From Nemertoderma westbladi (Eukaryota > Animalia > Xenacoelomorpha), in NCBI GenBank assembly GCA_032718475.1, contig JAUCBJ010006379.1, positions 1 through 36,185 of the forward strand: a stretch of 36,185 bases of DNA, read 5' to 3'. Position 1 is the stretch's first letter. Each line of letters opens with the position of its first letter. The position numbers and the translations under genes were made by a program. A model generated the notes under the pieces. That model saw nothing but the letters and a program-made list of their open reading frames with translations. It did not search any database and was not told the origin of the DNA. This document shows, piece after piece, positions 10,611 through 22,500 of this stretch.

Positions 10611-13031
10611 AGGACATATCGTGGTTGCCTGTCACAGGCACTGTTATTTACTGCATGGACATATCGTGGTTGTCTGTCACAGGCACTGTTACTTACTGCA
10701 TGGACATATTGTGGTTGTCTGTCACAGGTACTGTTATTTACTGCATGGACATATCGTGGTTGTCTGTCACATGCACTGTTACTTACTGCATGGACATATT
10801 GTAGTTGTCTGTCACAGGTACCGTTACTTACTGCATGGACATATTGTAGTTGTCTGTCACAGGTAATGTTACTTACTGCTGCATGGACATATCGTGGTTG
10901 TCTGTCACAGGCACTGTTACTTACTGCATGGACATATTGTAGTTGTCTGTCACAGGCACTGTTACTTACTGCATGGACATATCTTGGTTGTCTGTCACAG
11001 GTACTGTTACTTACTGCATGGACATATCGTGGTTGTCTGTCACAGGTACTGTTACTTACTGCATGGACATATTGTGGATGTCTGTCACAGGCACTGTTAC
11101 TTACTGCATGGACATATCGTGGTTGTCTGTGACAGGCACTGTTACTTACTGCATGGACATATTGTGGTTGTCTGTAACAGGCACTGTTACTTACTGCATG
11201 GACATATCGTGGTTGTCTGTCACAGGCACTGTTACTTACTGCATGGACATATTGTGGTTGTCTGTCACAGGCACTGTTACTTACTGCATGGACATATCGT
11301 GGTTGTCTGTCACAGGCACTGTTACTTACTGCATGGACACATTGTGGTTGTCTGTCACAGGTACTGTTACTTACTGCATGGACATATCGTGGTTGTCTGT
11401 CACAGGTACTGTTACTTAATGCATGGATATATCGTTGTTGTCTGTCAGAGGCACTGTTACTTACTGATTGGATATATTGTGGTTGTCTGTCATAGGCACT
11501 GTTACTTACTGCAAGGACATATTGTGGTTGTCTGTCACATGCTCTGTTACTTACTGGATGGACATATCTTAGTTGTCTGTCACAGGTACTGTCACTTACT
11601 GCATGGACATATCGTGGTTGTCTGTGACAGGCACTGTTACTTACTGCATGGACATATTGTGGTTGTCTGTCACAGGCACTGTTACTTACTGCATGGACAT
11701 ATTGTGGATGTCTGTCACAGGCACGGTTACTTACTGCATGGACATATCGTGGTTGTCTGTCACAGGTACTGTTACTTACTGCAAGGACATATTGTGGTTG
11801 TCTGTCACATGTACTGTTACTTACTGCATGGACATATTGTGGATGTCTGTCACAGGCACGGTTACTTACTGCATGGACATATCGTGGTTGTCTGTGACAG
11901 GCACTGTTACTTAATGCATGGACATATTGTGGTTGTCTGTCACAGGCACTGTTACTTACTGCATGGACATATCGGGGTTGTCTGTCACAGGCACTGTTAC
12001 TTACTACATGGACATATCGTGGATGTCTGTCACAGGTACTGTTACTTACTGCAAGGACATATTGTGGTTGTCTGTCACATGTACTGTTACTTACTGCATG
12101 GACATATTGTGGTTGTCTGTCACAGGTACTGTTACTTAATGCATGGACATATCGTTGTTGTCTGTCAGAGGCACTGTTACTTACTGCATGGACATATTGT
12201 GGTTGTCTGTCACAGGCACTGTTACTTACTGCATGGACATTGGACATATCGTGGTTGTCTGTCACAGGCACTGTTACTTACTGCATGGACATATTGTGGT
12301 TGTCTGTCACAGGCACTGTTACTTACTGCATGGACATATCGTGGTTGTCTGTCACAGGCACTGTTACTTACTGCATGGACATATTGTGGTTGTCTGTCAC
12401 AGGTACTGTTACTTACTGCATGGACATATCGTGGTTGTCTGTCACAGGCATTGTTACTTACTGCATGGACACATTGTGGTTGTCTGTCACAGGTACTGTT
12501 ACTTAATGCATGGACATATCGTTGTTGTCTGTCAGAGGCACTGTTACTTACTGCATGGACATATTGTGGTTGTCTGTCACAGGCACTGTTACTTACTGCA
12601 TGGACATATCGTGGTTGTCTGTCACAGGCACTGTTACTTACTGCATGGACATATTGTGGTTGTCTGTCACAGGCACTGTTACTTACTGATTGGACATATT
12701 GTGGTTGTCTGTCACAGGCACTGTTTACTTACTGCATGGACATATTGTGGTTGTCTGTCACAGGCACTGTTACTTACTGCATGGACATATCGTGGTTGTC
12801 TGTCACAGGTACTGTTACTTAATGCATGGATATATCGTTGTTGTCTGTCAGAGGCACTGTTACTTACTGATTGGATATATTGTGGTTGTCTGTCATAGGC
12901 ACTGTTACTTACTGCAAGGACATATTGTGGTTGTCTGTCACATGCTCTGTTACTTACTGGATGGACATGTGGTTGTCTGCCACATGCACTGTTACTTACT
13001 GCATGGACATATTGTAGTTGTCTGTCACAGA
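10611..13031. repeat. 45-bp minisatellite, ~53 copies
   Basis: Consensus GGACATATYGTGGTTGTCTGTCACAGGYACTGTTACTTACTGCAT, head-to-tail with no unique spacers. Small indels near 10878, 12241, 12725 and 12968. Confidence 0.98.
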
Positions 13032-14608
13032 CACTTAGTAAATCACTTAATAACGACTAAGTGACAACATTTCACTTTAGTAAATATGCAGGTTAATTGG
13101 ATTCTAGAATAGCATACACAGTCCTGCTGGGCCTGGGATGGGTATAATTCCAGTTAAGAAATAACCATATCACTTGATGCTCAAATCGATTCCTTTGTAA
13201 TACAATTTATATATCAACTGATAATTAAATAACGAAAAGTAATATAACTAAAACAACATGGTAAATCCAATAAATAAAATACAGTAGCTGAGCTGAACGC
13301 AATGACAATAAAATATTTAACAACAGTAGGCCTAACATATCTGACAGTCAGTCTTCTAATTACTGCAACTATACCTATCAACATTCAACATATCTAACTA
13401 GTCATAAAAAAACATTATTACTCAACATTGGAAACCGTGAACCAAAATTAACAAAATAACACACACTATGTCACTATATCGTATAATAGAATCAAAAACA
13501 ACAATAACAAAATTTTTTAAAATTACTGACGACGAAAAATATATAATGATGATAAAACTACAAAAGACGTAGAACATGCGAACGGTAAACTACGGAGAAA
13601 CAATTACTTTATGTAGAATAATACTATCACACAATGTACCGGTACTGTAATGTAAAACCATGGGATTTGAACTCTTATATTTCAGCTATCTTACGATAAA
13701 ATCCACATATTTTCAGAGGTCTGGAATCATAATAAGTATGAGTGCTATTCGTTGAGACATGATATGAAACCTTAGCCAAAATGGCCTTTGCGTCCAGTTT
13801 TCCACCGTTCTCAACATCAAATTGTAAATTGCCACTTTGCAGACATCTATTTTTTGAAATATTATGCCCTTTTTTTACTAAGTAAACTTTCTAAAAGTCA
13901 CCAATAAATAATTGAGTTTTTTTTCATATTTTACATTTGGTAATAATCGGAAATCATCGATAATCGATAGAAAATTTCAAAAAATCGGTCCAATTATAAA
14001 TATCCAGGACAAACTATATTTATTTCAAATGGCTGTCAAAGTTCAAAGTGCGTTAAAAGTGCGACGAAAAACCAAACAGCTGTGGCCAGAAAGTGCTGTG
14101 TGAACTAGGCTTCATTGTGTGTGGATGCACGAGGAAAAGTGTACAATTAACAAACACCACTTATAATTCGCCCGAAGAAAATAAAAATGTGGCATTTCTC
14201 ATTAGTACGAAAGTTTAACAACGATTAAAATACACAAAAGTAAATAATAGTTTAATATTGAGATTATTAATTATAAAAGAATGGAAATCTAAACGTAATA
14301 CATAGTTAATTAATTCAAATGGATCAATAATAATAAATTCAATACATATGTATTACAATAAAAACAATATTTCAAAGAATTAAACAACATAAATTTTTCA
14401 AACAAAACTCTCTGTAGTGAACCATGGATGACACTAAACCACTGGTTCCGGTTAAAAAAGGTTCATTGAATTTGAGAAAAAAATCCATGATGATTCAGGA
14501 TTTCAGTATTAATAAAGTATAAGTACTATGCTTATATTTCCACCTAATTTTAAAAATTATATAAAAAGTGATGTTGTTTGATGGTACAACTGTAGACGTT
14601 CTTCAGTG

Positions 14609-15769
14609 CAGGGTTTTTTTTCTAAATATGTTAGTGAAATTTATAAATAAAAATAGTGATTTCTAAATTTTTTAAACTTGTTTAGAAATATTTCTAAAAT
14701 TAAATATTGCAAACAACGAATTGAAAAATATAAACTTTACTATACAGCGTTTGAAATAAAAACACCTGTAAATCAAAATTTAAGATTAACCATTTTAATT
14801 TATTATTAATGTTGTTTGTTCCTTGTTCATTCACCAGAATCGAATACTTGATCCTCTAAATCTGATTCATCTCCATCAGCTTCATTTGTACCAACTTCTA
14901 TAATATAAAATAAACTCACTCATTTCTCGTGGTATTGTTTATTTCTAAGTAGATCGACACCGACTGTGTTACAGTGTAAGTGTGTTTCACTGACATTCCC
15001 ATAATTTACAGTCTTATAAATTTTATACTTATTTTACTGTCCCAACACCCCAATCATGTGGAATATTCCTTCCCAATAAAAATTGCATTAATTTAACAAA
15101 GCTGCATTACATAGGGTAGTAGGTCTTTATTAGTTTAATATTTCGAGGATATTTAAGATTACGTAGGCCCTCGCCTCACTGGTAACTCATGAGTCGTATG
15201 TCATAAGTCGCTTTCAGACTTTGTCTGAGTCCATTGATGTCAAAAGTAGGCATATATCTCCCGTGCTCTACTGGTAAGTCATAAGTCCTTTCTTAAAAAA
15301 TATAAGATGCGCCTAACATTTAATGGAACACCATAAATTGCTGTACAATATTTTCTGGCTTGCTGCTACCCAAAGAACTAATCACATGCCTCTTGTCGGA
15401 TATAACTCATGAGTCGTATGTCAAAAGATGGAACATAATCACTTTCGACCCATGGGTCATAACAAACGACTTATGACATACCAGTGGAAGCGCTCCCATT
15501 GAATTGAAACCAATGTGTTCCATAATTTATTTTAACTTATGACATATACGACATACGACTTGCCAGTACAATACCGTATGGTTGAATAAAGTAGAAAACA
15601 AAGCAATACAGGAAGTAATAGGCTTACATGGCCTACTTTTCAAAATTAATCTTTCAAATTCGTCATTGGGCAAATTATTTTGGTTTTCTAAACAAATTAA
15701 AGATTTTCTAAATTTTTCCTCGCCGTATAGAAACTTTTCACAGCGGATATTTTGAAAAAAAAAACCCTG
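14609..15769. mobile_element. Non-autonomous hAT transposon
   Basis: TIR CAGGGTTTTTTTT / AAAAAAAACCCTG with weaker subterminal symmetry. Perfect 8-bp TSD CTTCAGTG at 14601-14608 and 15770-15777. Confidence 0.88.
15165..15577. mobile_element. Degenerate palindromic MITE(s), possibly Harbinger-like, nested in the hAT element
   Basis: ACTGGTAA...GTCATAAGTC motifs at ~15178 and ~15271 are mirrored by ACTTATGAC...CCAGT at ~15468-15485 and ~15535-15567. No clean TSD. Confidence 0.5.
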
Positions 15770-15974
15770 CTTCAGTGATAATTTAGGAATAATAATAATA
15801 CTAATATTAACACTAATATTTAAAATTGACTTTAGATTTTTAATTTAAGTTGACCCATAGAGAAAATAATGAGCGTGTTAAATTACAAAATAGTCAAAAA
15901 TCAGATATCACCGCGGCGAAGGTATATTACAGTAAATAGTAAAAATATGTATGTACAATGAGTTATTGTATCCA

Positions 15975-16075
15975 TACCGGCAGTATTATACTAAGTACCG
16001 GTACCGGTACCGGTAGTATATAATATACTAAGTACCGGTACTGGTAGTATATAATATACTAAGTACTGGTACTGA
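15975..16075. repeat. Short tandem repeat with (GTACCG)n palindromic core
   Basis: TATACTAAGTACCGGTAC...GGTAGTATATAA repeated ~3 times; TACCGGTACCGGTACCGGTA at 15996-16015. Confidence 0.8.
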
Positions 16076-17327
16076 AATTTACAGAAAACTTTAATCACTG
16101 ACTACTTATCGTCTCTCTGCTCGAGAATTTTGTTAGACCTGGAAACATTCCAATATATATTATATAATTTATGTTAATAATACTATTATAGTAAAGTAAG
16201 ATATGACATTTATATATAATGAATAATTATATATAATTTATACATTTATTGTAATATCGAAATGTCAATATTATTCTTTGCATCTAATAATTATATTTTG
16301 TTGTAATTTTATATACTTAGTAATTATTCTTTTACACGATTTTTATTCTTAATTTTTGGCGTGGGCAAAGTTGTACTGTACCCAAAATTTTAGTAAAAAG
16401 TTACAACTTTCAGACTTTGGCCCAAAGTATGCATATTTTGTATGTAAGACAACAGGTAGGTCAGTAGGTAGGCGACCGGTATGCAGTGAGTACCTGGAGT
16501 AGGCTGGTACTACACCTACTACCGGTCAGCCGGTATCTAATTTGTTTTGATTTTTGTTATTTACTCTTGGAACTTGGATACAAATATATATAGCCTACCG
16601 GCACCGGCTGACCGGTACTACAAGGTTTATATAGCCTGCCAGCCTGCTATTCGAACATTTGCAACATTGGTTCACAGGTTCAATGGCGCCTGACTTGAAA
16701 CGGCGAAAAGTTGGGGCGCTGCTGCTACTACACTGCTGCTAAACTCAATGAAGCCTTAGATCTTATTACAGTACAGCAGTATTAGGTCCAAAACTCTAAC
16801 TCAACGACAAAGCAGCAAAAAAATTCAATATAAGTATAAGTAGCATGTAGGTCAACTCTTAAAAATAAACTGGGAGATAAACATACAGACATATGGAGTC
16901 AGTTTGCCAGGGCCCAGACTGCCTGGCTGCCTGGCTGCCTGGGGACTGCAGAGCAGACTGTCTAAAACCCGGGCGCCGGGCCGGTCCCAGTCTCTGTCCA
17001 CTGAACCTAAAACCCGGTCGGTCCAATTTTTGCCCGGTCCATACAAAAATTCCTAAAACCTGGTCCGAATAATTCCTAAACACCCGGCACCCGGTCCATA
17101 AACTCGCGGTCCAAAAAATGAAATGACTAAAACCCGGTCCGGTCTCAGTCTTAAAGTTAAACTTAAAATGTCTAAAACCCAGTCCCAAAATCCTGGTCCA
17201 ATTTTTTTTCTTTATTTTACCGTATGTCTACAGTATAGTTTATATTATAGATATAGGCCTACATGTTAATTAAATTCGACCCTAGTATACAGTATCGTGG
17301 CTGGGAAATTAGAACCGGGATCTTCCG

Positions 17328-17562
17328 GCGAATTTAGATCCAACTGTCCAAGGCACACATGCAATAGATCCTAGACGAACTTATGGCAACTTAGATATAA
17401 GGCGAACTTAGATCCTACAGTAGATGAACTTCTGGTTAATTTAGACGTTAGCGAACATAGATCCTGGATGAACTTAGCTTAGATCCAAACCGAACCTAAA
17501 TCCATGGCGAACTTAGACCTGCTGAAAGTCGATTTGGGAAGAAATTAGATAATCGACAAACT
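17328..17562. repeat. Degenerate ~20-bp repeats (GCGAACTTAGATCC), probably a transposon subterminal array
   Basis: About 10 variants of GAACTTAGATCC in tandem; no inverted partner in the window. Confidence 0.6.
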
Positions 17563-18035
17563 TACAGGCAGGAGAGCGAGAGAGTGGTTAAAACTGATTA
17601 GCGCTACTGATATGAGACGCCTTTTTCCATTTCTGAACAAAAATTATATTGAAACATTAATTATTCGGTAGCATAATATTTTCATAATACAGTATCCCTC
17701 CTTGCCTCCTGGACTGTGAACATATAACATCACTTAAAATCTATTATCTTCTTTAGCAGCTACATTGCTGTTGCTGTTTGGTTGTTTTGTTTGTGCCAAT
17801 TCTATATATTTTCATTCAAAATATAACATATTATAAGTAACATTAATTAAATTAGTGAAAAGACCTACTATTTTTATAGAATAGGGGTATTATTACGGAG
17901 AAACAATAAGAATAAAAGAAACAAGAATAATATTTGTTTATTTTGTTGATCAACTTTGTGCCAAATACTTCTACTAAAGTATTAGGAAATTTGAGGGATC
18001 TATCACTTGATATATCACTTTCTGCTTTTCCATCT

Positions 18036-18221
18036 GGGTGAGTACAAAACAAAGACCAAAAGACTCAAGACCTGTAAAGTCGCGTTCCGCCCCAAAGAGC
18101 GTTAGGTCCCATTGCCATTTAAAGGAGCAGGTTACAGAGGCGTGTTGGGGGAACTAAACAATAAACGAATGTTAACACATGTGTTTGTACAGGTCTTTTG
18201 GTCTTTGTTTTGTACTCACCC
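18036..18221. mobile_element. Mutator-like MITE, GGGTGAGTAC family, short copy
   Basis: TIR GGGTGAGTACAAAACAAAGACCAAAAGAC at both ends. 9-bp TSD TTTCCATCT (18027-18035) / ATTCCATCT (18222-18230). Confidence 0.85.
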
Positions 18222-19068
18222 ATTCCATCTCGACGAATTAATATCTCGCCTCCAAGTTAAATTATCAATGAAGGGAAACTTATTTAATGACACCGTATTC
18301 AAACTAAACCACTAACTTAATCTGTAAAGCACTGCTTGTATCTTTACTAATACTCTTTGTATGTACAGTAGCCCAATACCATAGTGGAGGAGTTACATTC
18401 CCATCATAGTTAGCAATGAAGCTAAAAATAGCTCAATACAATAGTGACAGACAACACTTCACCTTGTGAAATGGGACAAATCTGTAATGCGGGGTCATGT
18501 TCCCACGGAAGTATCTTGCAGTTTATCACTCACTAGACAGTTGGTACAGTAGCAAAGCTTTTACAAATCAGGGGCGGGGGTCAAAAAGCTGCTGTTGATA
18601 TTAATAATGGAGACATTACAAACTTATGTAAATTGATACAATATAATAATGCTAGCTTGATCAATAACTTCAGTATAGGGGGCCCTACAAGTAAAATAAA
18701 GTTATCCTTGAAACACCGGCATGAATAAGATGATGATTAATAAGATGATTAATGTTTGCGCCTCTATTAATATTTTCGTTATACTGATTTAAATATTTGA
18801 GGCCCTCAATACCAGGAGAAGCGCACAACAATGTTTATTTCCCTCACTGAATATGTTTGTGCACTGCATTGCGGCGCACACCACACCCCCCCCCCCCCAC
18901 CCCTCCCTTTACTGCCTTATGGAAATATGCATATTATATATATCTGAATACATACATATCTGAATGATACACATCAAATGCTGCGTACCGCATGTTTACA
19001 GTACTCCACTGTACTATATCTTTTGAATGACTACCATTTAAATAATAGAGCGTTAAACATCATAAAAA

Positions 19069-19449
19069 GGGTGAGTACAAAACAAAGACCAAAGACCCCA
19101 TTAAGTAACATGCATAGTCTTGTAACATCTGTTAAATTTCGTTTATTGTTTTGGTTGCCCCAACCCCAACATGCCTCTGTAACATGCTTCTTTACTAAAC
19201 TGCACCTTTAAATGGCAATGGGAGTAATGGGACCTAACGCACTTTGGGACCTGTGCAAAACAAAGAGTTAAAGTCGCGTTAGATCCCAAAGAGCATTAGG
19301 TCCCAAAGAGCATTAGATCCCATTGCCATTTAAAGGAGCAGGTTACATATGCGTTTTAGGGGAACCAAAACAATAAACGAAAGTTAACACATGTGTTTTG
19401 GTTCATGTCTTTAGTCTTTGGGTCTTTGGTTTTTGTTTTGTACTCACCC
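19069..19449. mobile_element. Mutator-like MITE, GGGTGAGTAC family, long palindromic copy
   Basis: Same TIR as 18036-18221. Perfect 9-bp TSD TCATAAAAA at 19060-19068 and 19450-19458. The internal region is present twice, in inverted orientation. Confidence 0.9.
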
Positions 19450-19549
19450 TCATAAAAACATTATAACATAAAATATCATGAAAATGTAAGAAAAAATTGG
19501 ACAGTGATTTTGGGACCGGGTTTTAGTCATTAAATTTGATGGACCGCTT

Positions 19550-22500
19550 ACTATCTCAAGCTAGGATGAGGTCTTAGAGATGAGAACGGGACGTTGTGAG
19601 ATATCAGCAATAGCACCAGGATGCGATTATGGGGCGACCATCGACCCCATCCAAATAATAGAATCGATTAATATAAACGCCAGGAGGCCTACAAGGATTG
19701 AGGTCAAGCAATATCGGTTCCTGGACGATATTGATTTCTCATTATCCGAAGTGGACATCGCGAAGGTATCTATCATAGTCGGCATGGACTGCCCGACGGC
19801 CCACGAGAGAGTACCGACCATATTTGGAGGGGATAAACAATGAGATCCGATGGCGATTCTTACGCCGTTCGGGTGGACACTAAGTGGCCCAATCAGGACC
19901 AAAATCCCATTCAGCGTGTCAGAATCATCAGGGTGCATGTTCACAGGCACAATGAGAGAGATGGAGGATGAAGGAGTAGAGGAGCAACTTAAGAGGTAGC
20001 ACTTCGAGGGTTTGAAGGAGGCCGGGGTCGGAACCTCGGTAGAGGACAAACAGGCGCTGGAGAGCGTGAAGAACTCGATGAAGTGTGAAGGGGGGCGGTA
20101 CACGATAGGGATGGTATGGAAACAACCAAAGTTACCGCTACCGGACAATAAAGGGATGGTACTGACGAGGCTTTGAAAACTGAAGCAGATGCTCAGATGA
20201 AGCCCCGAGAAGGATGAATACATCCATAAAACGATTAAGAAATACATTGAAAAGGGGTGGGCCGTGGAGTTACCGGTCGACGAGCCAAACACGGACAGGA
20301 CCTACTATTTGCCACTGCAAGTGGCTTTGGATCCAAAGAAGGGAAAACTGCGGATGGTGGTCGATGCATCGGCCAAAACGAATGGCAAGAGCCTAAACGA
20401 CTATCTGATGGAGGCCCCAACATCTACAACTCGGGGATAGAGGCCCTGTTGATATTCAGAAATGGGAGGCACGCCTTCACGTGCGACATTGAAGGCATGT
20501 TCAACCAAGTCCGTATGACGGAGGAAGACAGTGATAGTCAGCGCTTCCTATGGTACAACGGCGACGAAGAACCATCGGAGATACCGATGTACAAAATGGT
20601 AGTGCAGAACAGGGGGGCCAAGTCGTCCTCATTCACAATGACTACGGCTGTAAGGGATACAGTGGAGGGCCAGGAAGGAGAATATAGTGGGAAGGCGATC
20701 GACATGATTCGATGCGGATTCTATATAGATGATGGGATGGGATCTGGAAACACAGTTGAAGAAATACTAGAGAGATAGGGCACGAGGTTTGCGACATCAT
20801 AAAAGGATCCGGGTTCAACCTCACCAAGTTCCAGTCCAGCTCCAAGGAATTTATGGAGGCCATAGAAGACAAACGACCAGAGTCAACCATGGACAACCCC
20901 ACAATGGCAAAGGGACAGATTATGGCAGACAAGAGAGTGGAGTCGTAGCAAAAGGTGCTAGGGATCGTGTGGAACCGGGAGACGGATGAGTTGGAGTATC
21001 AACTAAGTCAGGAGGGCGCAGAAATCCATACTAAACGAGGCTATGTATCGTACATAGCAAGGATATATGATCCCCTAGGCCTGGCATCACCATTGTTAGT
21101 CACGGGGAAGCAAATAATGAAGAAAGTGTATAAGTTAAAGGACGATTGGGACGCGGAGGTCCCGGAGGAAATAAGTAGACAGTGGAATAAGTGGATGGGG
21201 AGCCTTGCGGAGATGGGGATGTACAGCATGCCACACGTGTACTTCCCGGATGGAAACATGACGAATCTGGATCTGCATATGTTTTCCGATGCATCCTTGG
21301 AAGCATATGGAGTGGCACTTTATTTGGTACAGCGAAAGGGGGCTCATAAGCCCAGGCTTGCGTTTATTAAAGTGAAGTCAACGCCACCAGATTCAGCACC
21401 AGTGCCGAAACTCGAGCTAACGGCTGCGAGGTTAGGAGAAAGGGCGACAGCTTACTTGATGGACACTATACCCAACATAGTGGAGACACACTACTGGATG
21501 GACTCCATGGTAGTGTTAGGGTGGCTACACAACGAGAAGACAAGATACCCTATATTCGTCGCGAACAGGGTAGACGAGATAAGGGCAACGACTGATCTGG
21601 AAAGGTGGCACTACTGCCCAACCGACGACAATCCAGCAGATCTGTTATCGAGGGGCGTTGTATGCCACACTTTCTCGAGGAAGCAAGAGTTGTAGCAACA
21701 TGGGCCATGCTTTCTCAATGATAGGTTGATCTGCCCACCAATGAGGAAGGTGGACCCAGGCAAGGAGGAAGTAGTAGTAGAAGTGGAGGGAGAGGATTCA
21801 GAAGGGGAAGAGATATACAGCCAGTTGGCGAGGGAGATTAGGGAGGTGCCACCGAAACCGAGAGAACCATGTGATAATCCGACAGATAGGCTGCTCAGTT
21901 ACAGCTCCAGCTGGTACAAGACTAAGAAGTTGGTAGCATATTGGAGGGCCTATGGGGATTTCTTCTGGGGAGTTGGTAAGGATACCAAAACGAGACCCAA
22001 TATAGAACTGGAAGGAGCGGCTAAAGCTGTGATATGATACGTGCAAAGAAAGGGGTACACCGACGAAGTGGACAGAGTCAGCAAGCAACAGCGCCTTGGT
22101 CGAGACAGTGAACTCAACCCACTATCTCCGCAATTGAATGATGACGGGATCCTGGTGATGAATTCCAGGGTGGTAAACAACAACAGCCCAGTCATTCCAC
22201 TGAAACCCGTATTAATCCCCAATAAATCACCAGTAGTCCACCAGATCATATGGGACTCCCATAAATCGATACTACACGGAGGTACCAATCAGACCTTGAT
22301 GGAGATACGGAAGACGTTCTGGGTTATCCAACTCAGGAAGATGGTAAAGGCGGTAGTGGGGCAGTGCCAGACCTGCCAACAGACGAGGAAGGAGAGGGCC
22401 ATACAGGAGATGGCGCCATTACAGGCCAACAGAGTGAGGCATCACGACCCGCCATTTACACACTGCGGCATGGACATGTTCGGGCCGATAAAGATAAAGG

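Larger units (their letters stand above)
16960..19547. mobile_element. Decayed TIR element with CTAAAACCCGGTCC subrepeats (left arm ~16960-17210, partial right arm 19490-19547)
   Basis: The reverse complement of 19490-19547 (GCGGTCCATCAAATTTAATGACTAAAACCCGGTCCCAAAATCACTGTCCAATTTTTT) matches 17106-17208. The right arm is cut where BEL/Pao sequence starts. Termini and TSD not found. Confidence 0.55.

Noticed and set aside
10611-13031. CRISPR-like array
   Set aside because: Units are contiguous with no unique spacers, there are no cas genes, and the context is eukaryotic.
10503-13064. Long ORFs of up to 642 aa (HGHIVVVCHRHCYLL, CDRQPRYVHAVSNSA and similar repeats)
   Set aside because: The 45-bp unit is a multiple of 3 and stop-free in several frames on both strands. 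Frameshifting indels are tolerated and there is no unique flanking domain, so these are artefacts of the satellite.
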